A DNA stretch of 63,931 nucleotides, the filler included, from Octopus bimaculoides (taxonomy: Eukaryota): assembly GCF_001194135.2 (NCBI RefSeq). It is 8 parts of 7 records of this genome, joined end to end, with 100 filler letters (N's around TTAATTAATTAA, not from the genome) between each part and the next. Parts side by side here need not be neighbours in the genome. Positions count along the whole stretch, not along the records: positions 44,691 to 57,010 come from NC_068994.1; positions 57,111 to 62,624 come from NC_068981.1; positions 62,725 to 63,931 come from NC_068988.1; 5 more parts are not named here. The stretch is one strand, 5' to 3'. Made by a program: the position numbers and the translations under genes. Below, piece by piece: positions 54,801-63,931 of the stretch (position 1 is the stretch's first letter; each line of letters starts with the position of its first letter). The notes beneath the pieces were generated by a model that saw only the letters and a list, made by a program, of their open reading frames with translations, ran no database searches and had not been told where the DNA came from.

Positions 54801-56330
54801 ACTACTACACTGCCACCCACTCTCAATAAACTACAAGATGAGAATACCTCATAGTCCTTGAAAATGTATGCAAGAGTGTATTTTCCTGAGATCCTTGTTT
54901 CACTAATGGCAATCACATCTAAATCAAGTGATCTGAGATCATTGAGCAAGTGAAATTGATGGATACATTTCGTCTGCAGTCTGATAAATATTCTTGGTTT
55001 TGAAGTTCTGTAATTGGTTGTTTCTGTGATTTTATGCTGTTGTTGATTATGTTGGTGTTTTTGAAGTTGTTGTCCTTGTTGTTTTGTCGGAGTAGTTGTG
55101 AATTGTGTTGTTGTTGTGGTTTCAGTTTATGTTTTTGCTGAGTTCTTGGAGTAGGGCTATGCACTCTCCTCTTCTTTCACCTACCCTCTTTTGCCACTGC
55201 AATCCATTGATTGTTCAACTCTTCTTTCTCCGTGTCATTGCAGTTGATGTTGGTGTGGGAGGTAGAGCATTCTGGAGGAGCTTGCTTTTCCATGGCAATC
55301 AGGAGTAGACTCCATCTTTGTCTTGGTTTGGGAGTGTGTGTGTGTGTGTGTATATGTGTAGAAGTCTTGAGCACTTGTTCATGATTTTGTGTTTGTGGTG
55401 TTGGCAGCAGTGGGAGTTTAGTTTTTCATGTTTCAGAATAGAAAGCCTTTAAGTGGGTTACAAATCCACATATGTGGTATCTTGGCTTTCTACCCTCTAC
55501 TAACACTGACAGGTGAATACCATCCGGGAGATTGATTAGATCAGGCAGCTGGTCGATATGGTTCTGTTTACATTGTAAGGTCAGTTCCATACCTATAACT
55601 GACCAGTTTTGCTTAGGTATTTTTGTGACTTCCAATATTGTCACTTCGTCTTCTTCTAAACTTACCAGGATGGCCACCACTCACCAGGTGATGGATATTT
55701 CTGGCAGCGCATTCAATGCCCCAACTTTGGTATAATGTTGGCTGTGATAGCTGGGGATTAAGAAGTTTTCATTCCTCAAGTGGTCATGGAATGACACTTA
55801 GCTTCTTCTATCCCAAATCTTAACATCAATAGTTCCAAACTTCTTTGCTTGGCTGATGTTTTTTTTCCCCACACGTGCCCAAGGCATTTTTGTATTTCTC
55901 TCTCAGGACCTTTTTCCATCTGGCGTGACTTAACTCCAATGCAGCGATATGTGACTGTGCATTTTAAGATATTCTCTATACTGTCAGATGAATGGTTTAG
56001 AGCTACCCTTCTCCAGTTTTATAATTTTCCTTGCAATTTTTAAATCTTCTTCATCTATGCGGAAATTTTCCAAATTTCTCCCTGCAATTGCAAAAGAAAT
56101 CATTGTAGCAGGGGCTGTTGTGGAGGTGGAGGTGATATTCGCGTTTTATGTTTCCTTTCTTTTATATTGTTGCTGTTGTTGATACTAAAAGTTTTGGCAT
56201 TGCTTAGAAATGAAGCATTATTCACCTTGGTGACATCATTAAGTGTAGGCCATTCTACATCTTTGTTCTCGTTCTTTGATGAAGAACGCATTCCATTGTG
56301 GAACATTATGATGGCTTCTTTATCACCTAT
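51880..56330 (-). mobile_element. Near full-length degenerate Tx1/L1-clade LINE (ORF1 with knuckle, ORF2 APE and RT)
   Basis: ORF1 remnant LSVLVEGRKPRYHICGFVTHLK. APE motifs DVIAISETR, SYLDRVF and TDHKFV. RT motifs NFQPITLLNTEFKILVKVL, LINLDQLKAFERV, HQGCLLSPLL and LLAYTEDTT. C-terminal AVAKEVVWWTRLKG. Multiple stops and frameshifts. Confidence 0.88.
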
Positions 56331-58834
56331 CTTTAACTGAATAATGAAAACAGCAAAATATTATTTTCTTCTGAAAGTTGTTACAATTCAAAAAATATTG
56401 ATGCACACCCCCTGCAAAACAGGGGTGTTTCTACTCAAAAATACTATCTGTGCAGTCCAGACAATTTCTGAAATACAATGTTAACAATAAAATGAAAATA
56501 TTGCCTTTGAAGGTCGAAAAGATTACAAACACTATTTCAACTTACGGAGCTTCAAATTTCTGTGACATTACAGTATGGTGGCAATGATAATAATAATAAC
56601 TAGCTGGATCCAGGACAAATTCATGGAAAACATAAAATATGGTGCCATGAGAAATGTTTGTATATTATGACTGTCTGTCTTTACGCCGTGAGTTCAAATT
56701 CTGTTGAGGTCAACTTTGTCTTTCATCCTTTCGGGGTTGATAAATTAAGGACCAGTTGGGGTCGATCTAATCAACTGCCCCCTCCCCACAAAAATTTCAG
56801 GCCTAGAAAAGTATATTGTGACAGTTACAGAATATAGAAAGTAATGTAACACCAATGACTACATAATCCAACTAAAATGTTACACAAACGTAAACGGAAT
56901 AACTATTTAACCTTAAAATACATCATACATATTCAAAGAACCTTCTTGGTTTAGTGGTCCAGAACATTTTTCTGGTATTTTTTATTCTTTTACTTGTTTC
57001 AGTCATTTGANNNNNNNNNNNNNNNNNNNNNNNNNNNNNNNNNNNNNNNNNNNNTTAATTAATTAANNNNNNNNNNNNNNNNNNNNNNNNNNNNNNNNNN
57101 NNNNNNNNNNTGTTTACGTCCCGTAACTTAGCTGTTCGATAGAATAAGTACTAGGCTTAGAATAAGTCCTGGGGTCAATTTGCTCCACTAAAGGCGGTGC
57201 TCCAGCATGGCCACAGTCAAATGACTGAATCAAGTAAAAGAGAGTAAAAGAGACTATATATAAATACATCGAATAAAAACGTAACATATTTTAAACCCTT
57301 TCTTAATATTTTTTCATATATACATAAAATCCAAATAAGAAAAGAAAGAAAGAGTTTAACACCTCTTTTAATGACCAGTTACGATTGTTTCAGTACCATT
57401 CTGCTTTTCTGTCATTGCACGCAAAAATTACACGTGAAAATTTAAATAATGTTGAGAGCCTTTATTTTGGGGAATTTAAGAATCCTTGGAATGTTCAAAC
57501 CGATCATGGCTATTGATCTCTGTTTAAAGCCTCAGTTTAAAGCCTCAAAAATACAACCCGAGAGTTCTGTTTAAATTTCAGATCAAATATCAAGTTATAT
57601 TAATTATAACTACATAACCAGATATTGCTTGGGACGAAACTGATCCATTCAGTGTGGTGTGGAATTTAATCATTTCTATTATATTTTGCTATCGACACTG
57701 TGAAATCCTGGGCCGGATATGCTTCTTCAGCATGTGACTGTTCTACTTATATCGGCACGATATACTTGTAGGAATCTGATCCACTTGTATATAGCAAAGG
57801 CACTACTTTGCTACTGATCCACTTGAATCTGACTAATCCTCTGAAAGAAAAATATACAAGGCATGACTCCATCATTTACATAAAATTGATAGATTAGTAC
57901 ACAACCAATTTATTCCCTGATGCAAAGGAATGGGACAGAAATAAAAGAAGCTTTGCTGTAGATATTTGTGTTTAGCTGCTGCGTCCTCTGGTTGCGAACG
58001 CTAACGTTCGGGTATTTAGCCATCTATAATGCAAATATGTCTAGATCTGCAATAAATTTTGACGATTATGTATGCTTTTCACTGCGTGTGTATCAATATA
58101 GAAGTTTTAGTACACAGGTAAATATGCGAAAATCATAAAAAATATTCCGTCAGAAAGAGCTCAATGCATGATATGAGTTGAAGATTTATTTTAAAAAGAA
58201 AAGTGATGGTGACTTTAAAGCTTGGTGAGAAATAAGCTTCTCAGACGGAATAACAAAACCGTTGCAGGTGTAACACGAATGCGACTGACAGATTTATCTC
58301 TATATCTACCTCTCTATTTATGTGTGTGTCTCTGTGTGAATGTGTGCATGTGAGTGTGTGTACGCGTATGTGACTGTGTCTGTATGTATAAACATATTAT
58401 ATGTGTAAATGATGTATATCTACATTATATACGTAAATATATGTATGTCTGTTACATACATGCTTATGTGTAGACACATACATATTGTGCATATTCCGAT
58501 TAAGGTTTATACACTTCATAAATCCCAAAGTGTATGCGTTTACATCGATATTGCACATTCACTGATGTAAATACGCGAATATTATACATTACGTTTTTAA
58601 ATGTATTTTTTCCTATAAAATTATATGTTTATACACAATAAATTTACATTTGGACACCGTAATCAATATTATCGATGTGTACAATCGGATATGTTTACGC
58701 ATCTGTAGACATAAACATGAATACATAATAGGAGTGGATGTATACAAACAACTATGTTATCTTCGACATCTATTGTTACTAGTTTATTTGCAAAGAAAGA
58801 CTTAAAATATGGGTGTGCATAAATACACATGCAA

Positions 58835-58916
<82 letters not shown>

Positions 58917-59040
58917 TATCTATATATACACACATATATGTACATATCTATCCATGTAGAACTACATATACATACATGTATATATATGTATGTATGTGTG
59001 TATGTATGTATGCATGTACATATGTACGTATGTACGTATG

Positions 59041-59071
<31 letters not shown>

Positions 59072-61508
59072 TGCATGCATGTATGTATGTATGAGTATAT
59101 GTATACATGAGCATGTACATATTTGTATGTGCGTGTGTGTACTGATATATATATATATANNNNNNNNNNNNNNNNNNNNNNNNNNNNNNNNNNNNNNNNN
59201 NNNNNNNNNNNNNNNNNNNNNNNNNNNNNNNNNNNNNNNNNNNNNNNNNNNNNNNNNNNNNNNNNNNNNNNNNNNNNNNNNNNNNNNNNNNNNNNNNNNN
59301 NNNNNNNNNNNNNNNNNNNNNNNNNNNNNNNNNNNNNNNNNNNNNNNNNNNNNNNNNNNNNNNNNNNNNNNNNNNNNNNNNNNNNNNNNNNNNNNNNNNN
59401 NNNNNNNNNNNNNNNNNNNNNNNNNNNNNNNNNNNNNNNNNNNNNNNNNNNNNNNNNNNNNNNNNNNNNNNNNNNNNNNNNNNNNNNNNNNNNNNNNNNN
59501 NNNNNNNNNNNNNNNNNNNNNNNATTGATTGTACACTTCTAAAGATGGGTGTTTGCAGCCGAAATATATAAAGGCATTTCAACTTTTATCTCTGTATTGT
59601 TAGAAATTTTCATTTCTCTTTTCATTTATTAGTCTATTTCATACATATATATATGTGTGTATGTGTATGTGTGTGTATGTATGTACGTACGTATGTATGT
59701 ATGTATGTATCGAAAATTTGAGGGAATGGAGCAGGTAAAATCCAAGCTACATATATTTCCTTGCTATCAGATCCTTGGAAGTAATGATTACTCAACGAGG
59801 GGTACTTCATTGTCTACTCATCAGGCTGAAGATGCCTTAGTTAAGTGAACGTTACATTGTCGTCAAGGAATCCCAAGTTAACACGAAAAAATGTGTTCGA
59901 AAAAATTTTGAATTTTATTCGTGTACATAGCAACCCCATTTGATAAACGTGAACTATAAAATAACTGTTTTCAGCTTATCGAACTTCGATATACGAAAAA
60001 GTTACAAATTTCTAGAAACCACTATTGTTCATAGAAATTGTTTTTTATACCTTTTATACTGCTCGAAACTTAAACTTCCTACACCTGGATTCTTGGGTCT
60101 TATATTTACATATATATATATATATATATATACATATAAAGTACAAAACTATAACTATATATGTGTATGTATGTATGCATAAATTTACTATTTCGTTGCA
60201 CAGTATGGCTGTATTTTACTAACTTCTGTTATTCATTTTTTTCCCTTCATTCTGTCAAATCTAATCTCTTTATTCTGGAATTGTAACACTGAGCTTCACC
60301 TGCTGACCATTCAAGCAATTAAAATAAGGAAACAAATCTGTAAGGAGAATTATTCATAAATTCATCGAGATATGAACAGTGATCAAGATTTCATTGAATT
60401 CAAAAAAAGAAGGAAGAAAAATAATAATAGTTATGTTACAAAATGCGCCAATTGTTAGCGCATTCAATTGCCATACGACATGTCATGTGGTATATTGATA
60501 GCGAAATTAAGCAACAGTTTCATGTTTACACTATCAAACGTGTTAAACACACGAAGACAAAAGGGAGACCTTTGTTGATGACGTTTTAGTGTTCATGAAT
60601 AACTGAATGCGTTCTTTTGTTTTTTGTTTTTGTTTTTTATTTTCCTCATAGATCAATATTTCAAGCAACGAGGCAAATATACCATTTTAATCATTTTGGA
60701 GATGGAAATTTGTTTATACATGTATGTCAATGTATGTACGAGAATGTGCTGAAAAGTTCCCACCTTTGGGTAAAAAAAAAAGAAATATACAGAAGGATCA
60801 GTCAATCATGATTTTATTCAACATATTCTTCCCCTCTCAGATTCACAAACTNNNNNNNNNNNNNNNNNNNNNNNNNNNNNNNNNNNNNNNNNNNNNNNNN
60901 NNNNNNNNNNNNNNNNNNNNNNNNNNNNNNNNNNNNNNNNNNNNNNNNNNNNNNNNNNNNNNNNNNNNNNNNNNNNNNNNNNNNNNNNNNNNNNNNNNNN
61001 NNNNNNNNNNNNNNNNNNNNNNNNNNNNNNNNNNNNNNNNNNNNNNNNNNNNNNNNNNNNNNNNNNNNNNNNNNNNNNNNNNNNNNNNNNNNNNNNNNNN
61101 NNNNNNNNNNNNNNNNNNNNNNNNNNNNNNNNNNNNNNNNNNNNNNNNNNNNNNNNNNNNNNNNNNNNNNNNNNNNNNNNNNNNNNNNNNNNNNNNNNNN
61201 NNNNNNNNNNNNNNNNNNNNNNNNNNNNNNNNNNNNNNNNNNNNNNNNNNNNNNNNNNNNNNNNNNNNNNNNNNNNNNNNNNNNNNNNNNNNNNNNNNNN
61301 NNNNNNNNNNNNNNNNNNNNNNNNNNNNNNNNNNNNNNNNNNNNNNNNNNNNNNNNNNNNNNNNNNNNNNNNNNNNNNNNNNNNNNNNNNNNNNNNNNNN
61401 NNNNNNNNNNNNNNNNNNNNNNNNNNNNNNNNNNNNNNNNNNNNNNNNNNNNNNNNNNNNNNNNNNNNNNNNNNNNNNNNNNNNNNNNNNNNNNNNNNNN
61501 NNNNNNNN

Positions 61509-61539
<31 letters not shown>

Positions 61540-62084
61540 CATATTCGTAAGTATATACATACACATCCATGTGCATATATAATATATATACATATGTTAA
61601 ATTACTCGTATATATTGTATTATACATACATACATACATACATACATACATACATACATACACATAAGTGTGTGTATGTATGTATGTTTTGTCTTTCTAT
61701 ATTTTGTAAACAAGGCTTCTTTGTGCCGATACACAAAATAAAAAGGAAAAAAAAACAATTGAAAAATTCAGTCTCAGTGTTTATTGACTTTCGCCGTTGA
61801 TTTTGTGTCTGAACAACAACTCCCAAGTGTTGACACAATGTCAACACATATATTTAATGTTCATCGGGCATTTCCACAATAAAATTTTAATTGTGATATG
61901 TTTACATACATAGGTATAGATACATACACCCCCCTCCCCAGGTACACATATACAATTACAAACTCGTACATAGCATTGAGGAATAGACACACACGCACAC
62001 GCATGCTAACATAGATATAGATATATATATATATATATATATGCATGTGCCCGTCTGTGTGTGTGTGTACATGTGGGTATAGGC

Positions 62085-62155
<71 letters not shown>

Positions 62156-62432
62156 TGTACAAACACAGAGACACAGATACACACAACACAAATACACACA
62201 CACATACATGTATGTATATATATGTATATATACATGCATGTGTGTGTGTATACATAAAAATGCATGTATGAACATAGACAAACATATATAATATAATTGC
62301 TAAATATATACGTATATATGTGCATGTAGATCTAAAATTCAGTTAATCAATCAATATATTTATCTGTCTCATTGCTCGTCTATCTGTCTCTCGTTTTATG
62401 TAAAGATATATATATATATATATATACATATA

Positions 62433-62563
62433 CAGGGTGTCCACAAGGTTTGGGTACATGGAGTAAATAAAATCATAACATAATTAAATATAAGAAATAA
62501 TAATTTCTTATTATTTCTTAAAGTATGTGTTAATCTCATATACCCAGATTTGTGGACACCCTG
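62433..62563. mobile_element. Tc1/mariner-type MITE
   Basis: TIRs cagggtgtccacaa / ttgtggacaccctg within TA-rich sequence. Confidence 0.8.
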
Positions 62564-62567
62564 TGTG

Positions 62568-62598
<31 letters not shown>

Positions 62599-62724
62599 GT
62601 AGGTATGTATATGTATGTATATATNNNNNNNNNNNNNNNNNNNNNNNNNNNNNNNNNNNNNNNNNNNNTTAATTAATTAANNNNNNNNNNNNNNNNNNNN
62701 NNNNNNNNNNNNNNNNNNNNNNNN

Positions 62725-62756
<32 letters not shown>

Positions 62757-63215
62757 AAAAAGCAGTTCCAAACAGACACACACACACATACGCATATGCA
62801 TATGTAAATGTTTCTTTTATGTCAAGTTAGAATACAAACAGTTTACAAGAGATGGAAGAATTACTGAATATTTTTTCGGTTTATTATACTTTTAGAAGAG
62901 AGATGATAGTGACTTTGAAATTTCGGCCTCATAGCTTTCGTCGCACTTCCAATTCTGATAACATACATACATACACATATTATTGGAGTATGAAACGTTC
63001 GAAACGCGGAGTAGATAAAACAGGGGGCAACTGATGAAGGGATTGTTCTTTATGTTGCTTGTCTAATTTCTCTATTTGTTTCTTTCGTTGTTCGAAAAAA
63101 AGTTCGTTTTCCATGTTTTTCTTTTTTTTTGTTCTCGTTTTTCATTTTTTCGCGTTTCTTTTTTACGTCCTGTTCCCTTATATGCATGTATATATTCATA
63201 TATATGTAGGTAAGT

Positions 63216-63596
63216 GGAGGCGCAATGGCCCAGTGGTTAGGGCAGCCGACTCGCGGTCATAAGATCAAGGTTTCGATTCCCAAACCGGGCGTTGTGAGTC
63301 TTTATTGAGCGAAAACACCTAAAAGCCCCACGAGGCTCCGGCAGGGGATGGTGGCGAACCCTGCTGTACTCTTTCACCACAACTTTCTCTCACTCTTACT
63401 TCCTATTTCTGTTGTGCCTGTAATTCAAAGGGTCAGCCTTGTCACACTGTGTCACGCTGAATATCCCCGAGGACTACGTTAAGGGTACACGTGTCTATGG
63501 AGTGCTCAGCCACTTGAACGTTAATTTCACGAGCAGGCTGTTCCGTGAACTGGATCAACTGGAACCCTCGACGTCGTAAGCGACGGAGTGCCAACA
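63216..63596 (+). mobile_element. Full-length tRNA-derived SINE (same family as 1083-1451)
   Basis: Complete head with A and B boxes (tggcccagtggttagg...ggtttcgattccc) and the same body and tail. Confidence 0.85.
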
Positions 63597-63931
63597 CGCA
63601 TGTAGGTAAGTACATATATGTATATATGCATATGTATATATATATTATTTATATTTTATATATACACATACACACACGCACACACATTCACACACACACA
63701 CATGCACTTGCTCACACACATGCACTTGCTCACACACATAAATACATACATCTATGTCACTTTTCAGTTTTATCATAAGATTTCTTGCTAATAGAGAAAG
63801 AGCCGGTTTCTAACCTAGATCCAAGGCTCTTTCATTGGAATTTCAACATCAACAACAGGATAGTTTTGTATGTATGTATGTATGTATGTATGTATGTATG
63901 CATGCATGCATGAATATATATATATATATTT

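Noticed and set aside
63032-63055. CTGATGA followed by AGGG/CTTT, hammerhead-like
   Set aside because: No GAAA core follows the putative stem II.

Overview
This is AT-rich, microsatellite-saturated animal genomic DNA with many N gaps. The SINE families and repeat style suggest a coleoid cephalopod, probably Octopus (inference). The one well-supported host gene is a two-pore channel of the TPC3 type on the + strand. Six GT-AG exons (15800-24664) encode the domain-I pore and S6, the interdomain linker end and domain-II S1-S4. Its 5' exons, at least one linker exon and all exons after IIS4 could not be found in the visible sequence. An intact, phase-1/phase-1, Cys-rich sushi/CCP-like exon lies on the - strand at 3913-4137 and points to a second gene, either nested in or adjacent to TPC3. 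The rest is mostly mobile DNA: several tRNA-derived SINE families, Penelope-like (GIY-YIG) fragments with minimal hammerhead-ribozyme-like motifs, a non-autonomous Helitron, a near full-length decayed Tx1/L1-type LINE, two R4/Dong-like fragments, mariner/hAT MITEs, and a foldback element carrying a telomere-like (CCCTAA) higher-order repeat. Most ORFs in the supplied track are microsatellite or N-gap artefacts. All family assignments come from recalled motifs; no database search was run.
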